NCBI RefSeq assembly: GCF_963921235.1
Contig: NC_086124.1
Location: 27,962,001 to 28,026,000, forward strand
Direction: 5' to 3'
DNA length: 64,000 nt
DNA from: Mobula hypostoma
Taxonomy: Eukaryota
Shown one piece after another: positions 1 to 12,999 of this stretch; position 1 is the stretch's first letter, and every line of letters starts with the position of its first letter. The notes under the pieces are model-generated. The model was not told where the DNA came from. It saw only the letters and a program-made list of their open reading frames with translations, and searched no databases. The translations under genes and the position numbers were made by a program.

Positions 1-383
1 GGTATGTTTCGTGCTATCATAGAGGTCAATTCGTATTCAAAAAAAGCATAGATATGGTGTCTTCGCAACTACACGTAAACTTAGGATTCTTGTGTCAGAG
101 ATGCATTGTTACAAATGAAACTGGGTTCACAGCTTTTAGGAAATGCATTGTTATGAATTCAATCTAAAGTACTTTGTCAAAGAGCAGAAGGCTGCTGGCT
201 GAAGTCATTTATTTAAGTGTAAATGAATCGTTTATCGTTTACTCTAACAATCGTGAGAATACGGTGAGCTCGGATGCCAATTTCACCAGACTGCAGTTTG
301 GAAGCATTTAGTGTGGGCGGGGCCCTCGAAGATGTGGGGCCGGTAGCATATGGTACTTTTGCTAGTAGGTTAATCCAGCCCTG
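1..383 (-). mobile_element. 5' end of a hAT-family DNA transposon (paralog of 33934-34319)
   Basis: The minus strand starts cagggctggattaacc at 383, a hAT-like terminus, abutting a CR1 fragment. In the paralog the same sequence leads into a hAT transposase pseudogene. Confidence 0.6.
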
Positions 384-610
384 TGTGCACTCTCTGGTTG
401 GAAACTCTCCTGAACAAATTTGACGAGCTCTATCCCATCTCATCCTTCTACAGTATGGGAGTCCCAGTGAATATGTGCAAAGTTAAAACCTTATGTTTCT
501 TGCAATAGCCTATGACCTCTCTACAGATTTGTTCCTCTGCATCCCTCGGACTGTTGGGTGGTCTGTAATATAGTCCTATTATCGTGGTCAGACCTTTCTC
601 ATTTCTCAGT
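384..610 (-). mobile_element. CR1 LINE endonuclease fragment
   Basis: Minus-strand translation LWVELRNEKGLTTIIGLYYRPPNS and DGIELVKFVQESF, typical of the CR1 ORF2 APE domain. Confidence 0.8.
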
Positions 611-619
611 TCCACCCAC

Positions 620-928
620 AACACCTCACCAGATGAGTTCTCCAGTGAAGCCAATCCCGAGACCGGCGAGTCGGCACCTGTCAGAGACTGCGCGTGCGCT
701 CGTCATCCGGCCGCCCGCCGCTGATTGGCTGCCGCGGCTTCCCGCCAGAGACCCCCCCCGCCCTCTCTCCGGCGCGTGACTCCGCCGGCGGCCGGGCTGC
801 TCCCTCGCTCTATTCGGCGTTGAGGAGCGGAGGAGCGGGGCTGGGACTGGGGCTGGGGCGGTACGTTGGGCGGGGAGGTTGCCTCCTCCTGCCTCCAGCC
901 GCTCTTTGCTTTTGGCACAGTCGCAACC
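620..928 (+). promoter_or_regulatory. CpG-island promoter, copy 1, with CRE half-site (cgtcatc 701-707) and inverted CCAAT/Y box (ctgattgg 721-728)
   Basis: Locally very GC- and CpG-rich in an AT-rich background. The motifs sit about 200 bp upstream of a Kozak ATG (accATGg, 929). The core is identical in the paralog at 34624-34684. Confidence 0.7.
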
Positions 929-1004
929 ATGGGTCGATATTGCACTGCCTGGGCGCTCCTCCTGCTCCTCGCCGCTCGTTTGGGGACTCGCAGCTCGGCG
1001 GCCG
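929..1004 (+). CDS. Signal-peptide (leader) exon, copy 1: MGRYCTAWALLLLLAARLGTRSSAA-G, phase-1 donor
   Basis: ATG at 929 in Kozak context, hydrophobic core, small residues at the cleavage site, and donor G|GTGAGT at 1004/1005. Seven nucleotide differences from the WA leader at 34893-34968. Confidence 0.8.
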
Positions 1005-1154
1005 GTGAGTCGATTCCTGTCGCGGGGATCACCGCGCTTGGTGCAGATTGTGGGATCCTGCACAGTTCGCATTGCTGGGGTCATCAACCGGGTCGGGGGT
1101 GGGGTGTTATGGGTTGGATCTTGTTGTTTAAGGGTTAAACTTCCTGGTAAGACC

Positions 1155-2127
1155 TGTCACGTATCCCGTGATGGGAATAAAGAACCAGCAGAAATAGAAA
1201 ACGCTTTGGAGTCCAGTATTACTATTCACTAGTAATATTTATTAGAAACTACTCAATACAGTAATATAAATGTAGATAAATCAAACAGGTTAGCAATGAT
1301 TATTTATGTAAATAAGTATATCAGTAAGTGTGGAGATATAGGTGAAAAACCAAGCTTCTTCAAGTCTAAGGGTAAAAAGATACTGTCTTACGATGATGAG
1401 TAAAGTTCAGTTCAGATCATGGTGTTCAGTTGAGTAGTGATGGAGAGAGAGGGAGGGAGAGAATTGGGTCTTCAGGTGAGCTGACACCGTTGATCTCCTC
1501 GTTGTCCTCCGAAATCCTTTAAAGTCACAGACTGTGACTTCAACAAAGGGGACCAGTTTTCTGTGGTGGAGCTATCACCCAGGCAAGGGTGGACACATGG
1601 CCAACTCCCCACCGGTCACTGCCTTTTCTTTTCACTGCAGGAGCCACTGATCGATCTGCCTGATCGATCCTCCAAAAACCCACTTTTTCTGCCGGCATTA
1701 CAAAGCTCATTCAGTGTCCAAAACACATGTCTGAGGTCTATATCATCTGACCTTCTATTTATCTCACTGTACTGAGTATCAACTGTTATTCAAGTTACTC
1801 CCCCTTCCCTTCTCTGTGTAAGAAATGCAAGCAGGCAAATGTCTTTGAGAAGTATCAACATGCTGCTGAAAAATCATAACATTGATTGTCCATCAAATAA
1901 GGCTGCCTTCAGTCACCATAGCAACTTACGAGCTGCTTGGTGCCATCTCCAACTCAGCAGAAATCCAAAAGTTAGCCAGTTCTTTCTCGTGCCTTAAAGT
2001 GACAGTCCAACAGTTAGTCTTTGTCTCTCTCTCTCTCTCTTTTCAAAACAACATGTCGGTGTTAAATAACTCTCTCTCTCTCTTTTCAAAAGCACAGTTT
2101 ATAGGGGTCATTCAGGACCCCATCACA
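1155..2127. mobile_element. Solo LTR (Gypsy-like), inserted into a CR1 fragment
   Basis: TG...CA termini (tgtcac...tcaca) flanked by a 4-bp TSD gacc (1151-1154, 2128-2131). It splits the CR1 motif ctggtaagacc/acacttggagtattg. Also present in copy 2. Confidence 0.8.
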
Positions 2128-2600
2128 GACCACACTTGGAGTATTGTGTTCAGTTCTGGTTGCCTCATTACAGAGCCACATTTAATATCAGGATATTTAA
2201 ATTGGGATGTAGAAGCTTTAGAGAGTATGCTGAGGAGATTTACCAGGATTAGAGAGCCTATCTTGTGAGGTTGAGCAAGCTAGGGATTTGCTCTTTGAAG
2301 CGAAGGAGCATGAGAGGTGACTGAACAAAGATGTACAAGATAAGAGGCATTGATAGGGTGGACAGTGGAAGACTTTGCCCCAGAGTGGCAATGGCTAACA
2401 TGAAGGGGCATAACTTTAAAGTGTTTAGAGGGGGAATGTCAGAGGTAGTATATTTAGGTGTGGAACCTGGCACTGCCAAGGTTGTCATAAGGACACTTAA
2501 GAGACTCTTATAGGCACAGAGGTGACAGAATACTGGAGGCTTCTGTGTGAGGGAAGGGTTTGATTGATCGAAGGGTTGGCACAACAATGTGGACTGAAGA
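2128..2600 (+). mobile_element. CR1 LINE 3' RT/tail fragment
   Basis: RPHLEYCVQFW-type and RRFTR motifs, degenerate. Confidence 0.8.
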
Positions 2601-2945
2601 GCTGGTACTGGTCTATGCACATGGTTGGTGGGATCTTGCTGTGGACACTCAGGGATGGGGAGGGAGGAGTTGTGTAGTGGGATCTTGCCGTGCACTTGTT
2701 GGGTGGGGGCTGTGCTATGGATTGAATGGGAATTTGTTTGATTGTGCCTTGCCCGTGTTGCATGAACGCTTACCACGTGTTGACTGGATGGGGATTGTTG
2801 TAGTGTTACAGACTTGTACAACACACAACTGGACCCCTTTGCCCACCGTGTGTTTGCTGACGTTTTTGCCCATCTCCGCTCATCCCTCCCTCCCCCCCAA
2901 CACACATTAGGACCATATCCTGATGTTAAAGGTACTTCGAATATA

Positions 2946-5900
2946 ATTACAAAATAGGCTGAAGGAACTAGAAAAAAAACACAAATTGAATTTGGCACAG
3001 GATACATTAGAGGAAATTTTAAAAATTAGGAATGAAATTAATAGTTTGGCCACACAAGAAATCAGGAAAAATTTAATGTTTCTGAAGCAGAGACATTATG
3101 AAAGTGGATCTAAATCTATGAAAATACTGGCATGGAAACTGAAAAAAAAATAGCAGAAAATACAATTCATAGAATTAGGGATCCAAGAACAAAAATAAAA
3201 AAATAAGGCAAGTGAAATTCAAGAAGCTTTTGAAGTGTTTTACAATACTCTACGTTCCAAAGTTCCAGGGGGAAGCATAACCCAAATGGACACCTTCCTG
3301 AATTCGCTAGTTATCCTCTTTAAGCGAAGAACAAAATAGAACGATGACTACTGACATAACTGAAGTTGAACTAAAAGCTGAAGTTAGTAGGCTTAAATTA
3401 AGCAAGTCACCAGGATCAGATGGGTATAAGGCAGAGTGGTATAAAGAATTAAAAAATGAGTTAATTCCTGTCTTACTCCCCACACTGAACTGGGCTCTAA
3501 AATAGGCACAAATGCCACCCAGCTGGAAGGAAATGATAATCCCAGCTATACCGAAAGAAGGCAAGGATAAAATGGAATGTGGGTCATTTAGACCAATATC
3601 CGTTCTGAATGTAGATCAGGGATCAGCAACCTTTTTGCCTCTGTGGGCCGGATCGCGTATTAATAAGCGGACGGTGGGCCAGATAAATGACATAAAAAAC
3701 TTGAAATATGGGAATTATCCATTTAAATACATCTAGTTATGTTTTGCCTCAAATTAATGAATAACGCATGCTAGAAAATCATTTGTGCTTAACCAAGGAT
3801 GCCAATTAGCAATCAAAGAACTCAGTTTGGTTCTTCTGTCCCACCATTGCTGGTGCCCCATCAGTTGTGATGCTAATTAGCTTCGACACGTTAAGTTTAA
3901 TTCTGACATCATTTTCAGCAAAGCTTCAAAATTGTCTGCCCCAGTAACTGTGTCCTTCATAGGAATTATTGAATAAATTCTTCAAAAATTTGAAAACTTG
4001 AGGTCACTCCTCGCACAAACACTGCAAGTTGAGCAGTGTCTCTCAAGTCTGTACTCTCATTATGCGCAATTGAAAAAAAAATGCAATTCGTTGCGGGCAT
4101 CCCTTTAACAACTTTTAACATCTGCTGACATTTCTTCAACTCGTCGTGTGATCATTCTTGCTGACACGCTGATAGATGCAAATAAAGATTTCTTTTCAGG
4201 ACGAACAATATCCACTACTGTCCGTAAACATTCATTGACAAACTCTCCATTTGTAAAAGGCTTAATCTTTTCTGCAGTATGTTTTGAGACTTCGTAGCTG
4301 GCATGGGTATTTCCTTCATTCTCACTGCTTTTTCAGCATTCAGCGTCTACCTTCCTGCGTTTTGCATTCATTTTGCAAGTATCTCAATATTTGCTCACGG
4401 CCGGTCAAAATACCTTTGAGGGCCGGATCTGGCCCACGGGCTGTAGGTTGCCTACCCCGATGTAGATTATAGATTATTTACCTCCATCATGGCCAAACGA
4501 TTAGAAGAGTTTCTACCCATACTGATACATAGGGATCAGACAGGATTTATGCAACAACGCTATACGGAAGACAATGAATGAAGGACACTTCACGTTATGG
4601 ATCATATGCAAAAAAATAAATTTGAAGCAATAGTGATAAGCGTGGACACTGAAAAGGCATTTGATGTGGTTAATTGGAATTTTCTTTACAGAGGTTTACA
4701 TAGATTTAGTTTCCATGACGCAGTATTAAAACTATACAGGCACTATATGACAATCCTACTGCTAGGATTAAAATCAATGGATATTTATCAAATAGTTTTA
4801 CCCTAGAAAGGGGTACAGACAGGGTCGTGCATGGTCACTGCTACCCTTTGCATTATATCTGGAACCATTAGCTCAATACATCAAACGAAATGAAGATATC
4901 AGGGGAATTACTAGTAAAGGGACAGAGCATAAATTGACCTGTTACCTGGATGACATTTTGATCTATCTAGGGCAACCAACATACTCTTTACCTAAATTGA
5001 TGCAATCCTTTGAACAATATGGTCAATTATCAGGATACAAGATCAACATAGATAAAACCCAATTACTTTCATATAACTATAGCCCACCAAGAGAAATTGG
5101 AAGTAGATATCCCTGGACATGGCAAATAGTCTTTCAAATATTTCGGCATCATTATGCCAAAAGATTTGGCAAAATTATCAGAATGCAATTATCAGTTTAT
5201 ATAAAAAATTAAGGAAGATATAACAAGAGGGAACCTAATTCCTTTTTTTAGTCTCAGTTCAAGGATTGAATCTATTAAAATGAATATACTGCCTAGACTA
5301 TTATATCTCTTTCAAACTCAATCAACAGAGATTAATCAAAATCAATTCAATGAATAGAACAAGATGTTATCAACATATATATGGTACGGTAAAAGGCCTA
5401 GATTTTGTCTCAAAACTTTGCAATTAGCCAAGGAAGGGGGGGGGATGGGGCCTACCTTCTCTTAGAGATTATTATTTTGCCGCACAGTTGAGAGCTGTGA
5501 TATGTTGGTGCAACCCATCATATGACACTCAATGGAAAAACATTGAGGAGGGGATACTTCCCATCCCCATGCAGGCAATTTTGGCTGATAACCTACAAAG
5601 GCACATAAATACTATTGATAACCCATGGGTGAAATGGACTCTTAAAATATGGAAAACTATTATAAAAGAATATAAACTAGAGGGAGATATTGCAATTCTT
5701 AAATGGTGTGCATATGACTTGGATTTTACGCCAAATACACTGGATGCTGGATTTAAGGACTGGACAGCTAAAGGAATAACAGTTCTTTGCAATATAATGA
5801 AAGAAGGAACACTGTTCAGTTTTGAAATGCTTAACAGAAACACATTAGAAAAACAAGACTTTTATCAGTATTGACAGATGCGACAGTATGTTAATAGGAT

Positions 5901-6854
5901 GGTTAAAAATGTAACCAAGGTAAGTACATGTTTGATAGAGCTATTTAGAAAAGCATATAATTCAGATAATGGTAGTAGAATCATTTCAAGAGTGTACAAG
6001 GATTTGTCAAATCTTAAAACACATATGACTTCATATATCAAAACAAAATGGGAGAAGGAAGGAGGGATAATTATATCTGAGGAAGAATGGACAATAATAT
6101 GGAGGTATCAATGGAAGTGTACCAGTTCACAGAAATGGAGGGAGTTCGGATGGAAAATCTTGATAAGATATTTTGTTACACCCTCTCAGATATCCTATTA
6201 TGATGGTAACCTCCCTGTTTGCTGGAGAAATCGTGGAAACCAAAATGCAAACCATTATCATATTTTCTGGGAATGCCCCGTTATCAAAGACTATTGGAGT
6301 GGGATACACAATGCCCTACGAGACATTTTTAAATTTTAAATACCCTTAGAAAGTAAGACCATATATTTTGGGTATATACCTCAAGAATAGTTGAAAAGAG
6401 ATAAATATTTAATGAATATACTGCTGGTGGCTGGTAAAAAGACTCTTACCAGTAAATGGTTATCACAGGAGAGCCCAACTTTAAACTCATGGATGGAAAT
6501 TACAATGAACATTTACAAAATGGAGAAGATACCAGCATCTGTTGGTCTTAAGTTGGAACAATTTGATTCATACTGGGAAAAAATGGTTTAACTACATTAC
6601 ACCTCATAGACCTGATTTTATTCTCACAGATCAATGAATATGTTGTAAAAAAAAGATCACTCCCTACTTGCACATAGTTTTCTCCTTTTGCTTGTTCTTC
6701 CTTTCCTCTCTTTTCTATAAGTGCATACCTCAGATGAATATTATGTGGAGATTTGTGGCATATATGACTATATAATATACAATATCTGAAATACACCTTA
6801 TGGTAATGTTTGTTTGATGATGAACTTCAATAAAAAATAAATTACAAAAAAAAA
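2946..6854 (+). mobile_element. 5'-truncated L1-clade LINE (ORF2 RT to C-terminus, decayed) with poly(A) tail
   Basis: RT motifs ([27 protein letters not shown]), C-terminal HIFWEC zinc motif, AATAAA plus poly(A) at 6828-6854. 14-bp TSD gtact(t/c)gaatata at 2932-2945 and 6855-6868. Empty site at 37678-37691 in the paralog. Confidence 0.92.
3617..4459 (-). mobile_element. Internally deleted hAT/Charlie element nested in the L1
   Basis: Termini cagggatcagcaacc / ggttgcctaccccg, perfect 8-bp TSD atgtagat (3609-3616, 4460-4467), transposase remnants on the minus strand. Confidence 0.85.
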
Positions 6855-9589
6855 GTACTTTGAATATACTATACTTCTACACTTTGCCCATTTACGTGTC
6901 TGTCCAAATACCTTTTAAATGTAGTGATTGTGCCTGTTTCCACAGCCTCCACTAACAGCTGATTCTAGTTATCAACGATTCTTTATATAAGAAAAAAGGT
7001 CTATCCCATTGGATCCCCTTTAAAGCTCCTTCCTTTCACCTGAACTCTGTGCCCTCTCTTTTTCATTGCTTGTGGATTGATTGGGATGTTGTTGTGTAAC
7101 TGTTGAGTGAGATCTTGCCATGTACAGAAGGTTGGACCTTGTCACAGAGTGGAATAGTGTATGTGCTTTGTGCATGTATATAAATGGGCGAGTTATTTCT
7201 AGCCGAGTCATTAGACGCACTACATAAAGAATAGGAAATTTTCTCAATATCCCAGGGCTAATACTTAGCCCACTATCAACATCCAAAACATATGCTTTTG
7301 GTCTCGATTTCCTGCCTGTTCTCTATAACTCATGACTCTGTATAGATCTCAAACATCTATCTTCGTCTTAATTATATTCAATGGCCCGAGCTTCTTAGCT
7401 TTCTACGCCTTGTATTTTCACTTGCTTCATTCATGAGTTCAAGTCTTTTGCCTCATTCAATATGAGAGGCTGATCAGTAAACACTCAATATGAAATCTAA
7501 TCATTTAACTCCAAGACCTGGGCCTCAATACCCCCTTGTGCAACACACCTACATGAAACGTTGCTGTAGAAAAGCAGCATGAATCAACAAAAACCCTCAC
7601 TGTCCCGGTCATGCTCTTTTCTCACTGCTGCCATCGGGTAGAAGGTACAGGGGCCTCAGGACTTGCGCCACCAGGTTCAAGAACAGTTAGTATCCCTCAA
7701 ACTTCAGGCTCTTGAACAAGAGGGGATAGCTACACTCACTTAAGGACTCTGTTATATTGTTATTTCATGCTCATTATTTATTGCTATTTATTTGTATCTG
7801 CATTTGCAGGATTTATTTACAGTTAACAGTTCCTGATGTTTGCAGTTGCTGTTCTATAGATTTGCCAAGTATGTCCACAGATGAGCTACAGCAGCAAAAG
7901 ATCACGAACATATACTGAGTGTCTATTTTATTCAGTACAGGAGATATCTAATAAAGTGGCCACTGAGTGTGAGTTGGTGTTTGTGTTTAATGTCCATACT
8001 CAAGGTCTGCTCTCCAGTTGCACTGGAATTCCTCACTATTGACCAAGACCTCACTCCTGTCAACATCATGTGGTAAATGATGTACAGGAGGCACTCCGCG
8101 TTAAAAATATTTACCATCTGAAGTAGCATGTCATTTTCAGCCTAAGAAGACATACTCATAAAAACATTGGTATAATGAAAGTAATTCTAGTATTCACAGT
8201 ACATTTATTATCACAGTGTATATACAGAAAACAATTCTGCAGGGTATAGCATTCTTTGCTGAAGCAACGCAGATTGCATAGATTGTCCTGATCAAACGAC
8301 TCAAAAATGGCTTTTTAAAAAAAAAAGTAACCAGTATCCAGGCACATATCCAATATGAACTGCAGAGTATTCCAAAATGAGTCTCCAATTGACCCTTGCA
8401 ATGTTGATCCCAAGACTCCTGCATTTCCCTCCGACAGCAGGTGGTGAGGGGGAGAGGAAAACCAATCATACACCGGCAGGTTGAATCAAGGTTGAATATC
8501 TGCTCGTCCTCGATGCTCATCCTCATTGACTTCAACCTTGCTGAATGCTTCAACTGGAGAAAAGCAATGGAGTTAGTCATGGGCTCGTACCCTTGATGCC
8601 TCAGTTGAAGAAAAGCAACAGTCTCGATCATGTTTCTAGGCCACACACTGTTCCAAACCTGACTGAATTTCCTTGGAGACAGCAAAGCACTAGATTGCTC
8701 AACCAGTCCAAAAACACACCATCAAAATGTAAATTATAGGTTCCAATGGCACGCCGATTAATAGTGGAACCTCACTTGGAAGATGATGAAGTAAAAGAAG
8801 CATATTTGTGAACTGTCAGCAGGACATTGTCGTTGTTCATGCTGTTCGCTGGGTCATCTTGTGTGAACTAAACTGGAATCATAACGTCACTGTTGTGAAA
8901 CACTTTATGATCCCTCTTGGGTTGTAAGAGATCTCCATTACAGCGCCAGCTGGCGAACTGGGTCTTCCTTTATTACTCAACTAGATTCAACTCCATGTCT
9001 TAAAGAGAGATTAGCTTTGTTTGTCATGTCGAACATACAGTTAAATGCGTCATTTCCATCAATGGCCAACACTGTCCAATGATGCGCTGGGGGGTTGGGT
9101 GGGGTCACACTTCCTGAGGCAACAGCTTACTCACAATTTACTAATCCTAACCCGTATGCCCTTGAGACACAGGACAGTGTTCAGGTACACCACAAGAAAC
9201 TGTTGGCTGTGTTTCTGGAAGTTAGAATGAGGGATGTTAATCCAGAGGGTGTGGAACAGTAAAATCTGGGGGTAACAACAGCTTAGGTGGGGGTTTTGCT
9301 AGGTGGAAGGCAGGGTGGAGTGAATGATGATCAGCTCGCGGACAGAGTTGGTTTTTGTGAGCATGCCACACATGTGATTTAAAATGTAGGGAGTTAACAA
9401 CAACATCAAGTCTACAAACTGGTTCAGGTTCTGATACTTGGAGACAGATAGAGTCAGTGTCTGAGACTGAGGAAGTGACGCGGACCAGCAGCAAAAAAAA
9501 AAACGAGTCCAGCTATTTGCTATGAATACACTAAGAAATGGTTTTCAGGGCTGTTTCAGGATTTAAGCTTCAGAATTTTATTTATTTAT

Positions 9590-10176
9590 TTATTGTGATA
9601 CAGCATGGAATAGGTCCTTCTGGCCCTTTGAGCCACACCACCCAGCAGTTCCCAATTTAATCTTAGCCTAATCACGAGACAATTTACGATGACCAATTAA
9701 CCTATCAATCGGTACATCTTTGGAATATGGGAGGAAACCCATGGGGCATGGGGAGAACATATAAACTTATAGGCAGTGGCAGGAATTGAACCCAAGTCAC
9801 CTGTACTATAAAGCATTGTGCTAACCACTACACTACTGTGCTACCCCATCTTGATCTTTAACAGTTCAGACCAGGAATTTGGTGAGCATTTTCATGAACT
9901 GTTTCCTCTCACAGACGGCATGGTAGTGCAACTCTTTACAGTGCCTGTGATTGAGGTTCATTTCCTGCTGCAGTCTTTATAGCATTTGTATGTTCTCCCT
10001 ATGACCCCATGGGTTCTCTCCCACATTCCAAAGACACACATTAGGGTTAGTAAGTTGTGGGTTGGCGATGGAAGCGTGCTGACACTTATGGCTGTCCTGC
10101 ATAATTCTCAGATTGTGGTAGTTGATACAAACGATGCACTTCATGGTATGTTTCAATGTACATGTGACAAATAAAA
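9590..10176. mobile_element. Head-to-head pair of tRNA-derived V-SINE/HE1-like SINEs (minus 9590-9848, plus 9917-10176)
   Basis: tRNA-like A/B boxes (gtagtgtagtggttagcac...gggttcaattcc), central ttctcccc...tcccacattccaaagac domain and tgtgacaaataaa tail. The same pair occurs at 40545-41133. Confidence 0.75.
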
Positions 10177-12266
10177 CTGATTTGCAATGAGATACAGAAC
10201 CTTTGAGTACAGTATTCGCAACCTGTTTTTATTCTGCATCCTAATGCAATGATACTCGCCCTGCTTTCTGCATTTTGCCCAAACATCTGTCTATCCTTCC
10301 TAATAATCTGACTGCATGCTACTTTTGTTGTTTTAACACCTTTCATATCCTGAGTCCCTTTACTCGGTTTCCCATCCCTGTGCTAAATTAGTGTCAACCC
10401 TCCCCAACAGCTCTAACAAACCAGCGTGAGAGAATATTTGTCCCTCTCAGGGTCATGTGCAATGTACAGGTCACCCCTCCTTGATTTGGATTTCTAGCAT
10501 CTGCAGATTCTTTTTTCCTGTTTGTGAAATGAATGTGCTTGACTATGGCCGTACCTTAGCAGCTTGAACTGAGAAAATATAAAAAAAATACGACCGTAAT
10601 AGTAAATAAGTAATAAATACCGAAAAGATGTGGTGAGGAAGTGAGGGGTTCTTGAAATCTTGTCACAGGTTGTGGTAACAGTTCAGTGAAGGGGTAAGTG
10701 AAGTTGTGAGGTTGTACCCTTTGGTTCAAGAGCCTTGTGCTTGGGGGGTAATTACTGTCCTGAACCTGATGGTATGAGTTTTGAGGGTCTTATACCTTCT
10801 TCCTGATGGCAGCAGCAAAAAGAGAGCATGACCTGGGTGATGGTTTGCCTGGGGAAGGATGCTGCTTTCTTGCGACAGCACACAGTGTTGATGTGCTCAA
10901 TGGAGAAAACAGTTTTATTCCTGATGGACTTGGCCATATATACTGCTTTTTGTAGGAATCTCCCTTTAAGGATATTGGTGTTCCTTGCCAGAACGTAATG
11001 CATTCAGTTATTATGCGTTCCACCACACAAGGATAGAAATTTGCTGAAGTTTCAGATTTGATGCAAGGAATGCATCGGTCAGGACTGCATTCTTTGCAGG
11101 TGGAAGATTGAGGCAAGATTTGATGGAAGTGTAACCCTCAGATTCAGTCGGCGACGTAAGTCGAGGGAAGACAATCTCTGGCCCCGCCAAATGTGTGAAC
11201 TTTGAGGTGCAAAACCTCTTGTTTGTGTGGATGCTGTGTGGTTCTCCTGTTACAAATCAGTACCACAGAATAATGGACTGTACACCATAGGCAATTAAAT
11301 GATTTAGCTGTTTGATTCTTAATTTGACTAAAGGGTTAGTAAAGAAAAACAAAAAGAAAAGAGCCCATTTTAATGAAACAGTCTAATGTGTGCAAGTTGG
11401 AGTTCACGGTTTCCCTCCTGCTGGTCCTCCATCGATTTCCCTGGCCGTCGTCGACTTCTGGCCCCACTCCAAGGCCACTGCTTTCTGGTGTCTACGAACT
11501 CTTCTTTCTGGCATCTTCTCTCTCCATCTTTTGCCGATAACAAAGCCCAGATTACCTCGGTGGCAGGCATACAGCATGAAAACACACTCTCCTCATTGGA
11601 CGGCCAACATCTCTAACCATAACCCAAACACTGCTTCTACAGAAAGACCATGACATTAGCAGTGAAACTTTTCCCAGGGTGTTACTCTTTCCCCACCCTC
11701 CCCCCACCAAATTTAGTGATGTCCTCATGACATTGAGATAATGTACCAACCCTGCGTGCAAAGAACAAAGTTCATCCCAGGTGTAAAAGGCAGTGACATA
11801 GATCCTCTGAATGATCTCCTCACTCTCCCGTACAAGCTGAAGTTCTTGCAGCTGCTGCTCCCGATCCATAGCACAGTCTTGCAGTATCTGCAGCTGGATG
11901 CACCTCACGCACATGTAGTCGCCCAAGGGGCTCCCAAGACTCCAACATCAGGAGTGAATAACCCACAAAGGCCTTTTAAACTATAGTAAGTATGTCTGAC
12001 ACAACAAGAAGAAAGAGAAACATAACAAACTCAGACAGACAAGTTACCCAGAGCCAGTGCCTCTTCTGTGCCGACGACTCCTTTGAGCCAGTGCTTGACA
12101 ATCTACTTCCTCCTGTAGCCCGTCCCAACAATCAGCGCTCCAACAATGCTGGCTCCGCTTGTGCAAGCATTCACATGTTGTGTTATGGCCAGGAGCCTGG
12201 AATTGAACATACCTGTAAGCGAAACTCTGAAAAATATAATAATTTCTTCTTTGAATGTCATTCCAG

Positions 12267-12581
12267 AGCCCAATATCAGGCTGGTAGGCGGCAGCGATCG
12301 TTGTTCCGGGAGAGTGGAGGTGTGGCACAGTGCACAGTGGGGAACGGTATGCGACGATGGATGGGGCACTGACGACGCCAAGGTTGTCTGCAGTCAGTTG
12401 GGTTGTCCCCCTGCCGCAGTAGCAATACAGGGGGCACACTTCGGGCAAGGCAGCGGGAATATCTGGATGGATGATGTTGCGTGCAATGGAAAGGAATCCA
12501 CCCTTGAGGAATGTTCCTTTGGAGGGTGGGGCATTCATAACTGCAATCACGGAGAGGATGCGGGAGTGAATTGTACAGAAG
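12267..12581 (+). CDS. Group-B scavenger receptor cysteine-rich (SRCR) domain exon 1 (CD163/DMBT1/WC1-type)
   Basis: Acceptor ttccag| at 12266 and donor G|GTAGGC at 12581. 315 nt, phase 1-1, open frame: [46 protein letters not shown]...[26 protein letters not shown]...[13 protein letters not shown]. Eight Cys in one exon defines group B. Confidence 0.95.
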
Positions 12582-12999
12582 GTAGGCATAGAAGAAAGAA
12601 CCTCTTTGTTTCTGCTTTCTCTCTGTTGGGATTAACAAAGACTCTATTTTTATAATTAGACCAGCCACTCTAGTTGCTGTGGGTAAAATGATGAGAACTT
12701 ATGTACTGATGCTTGACGTTTTTGAGGCAGGCATAACTTAATTAACATTTTTTCTGCGTCACTTAAAATGCTGGAGTGTTTCATTTGGCAAATTTTTATG
12801 TTCTGGTTGGTCGTGCATACAGGTGCTGATTCCAGCTTCATATAGGATAAGACGTATCAGATCAGAAAATATAAGGAATGACCGGTAATAAATCTGTATG
12901 CAAAACAGTGAATTGTAACTATTTATTAACAGCATTTAGTTCGTTTTCTGAGGTTCACGTAGGAACTCTATTTCATAAACTACGTGTAAACCTTCAGGG

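Larger units (their letters stand above)
1..10176 (+). repeat. Segmental duplication, copy 1 (paralog of 33934-41133): hAT end, CpG promoter, leader exon and intron 1 of the WA 5' module
   Basis: Colinear similarity from position 1 (ggtatgtttcgtgctatcatagagg) vs 33934 (ggtatgttacgtgctaacatagagg) through to the SINE tail acaaataaaa at about 10176 vs 41133. Each copy has private insertions. Roughly 85-95% identity by eye. Confidence 0.95.

Noticed and set aside
558-1232. Several overlapping 70-150 aa ORFs on both strands (and at 34576-35141)
   Set aside because: Artefacts of the GC-rich CpG island. Only the 76-nt leader exon has a Kozak start, signal-peptide character and a splice donor.
9590-10176. 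tRNA-like A/B boxes
   Set aside because: They are SINE heads, with no complete cloverleaf.
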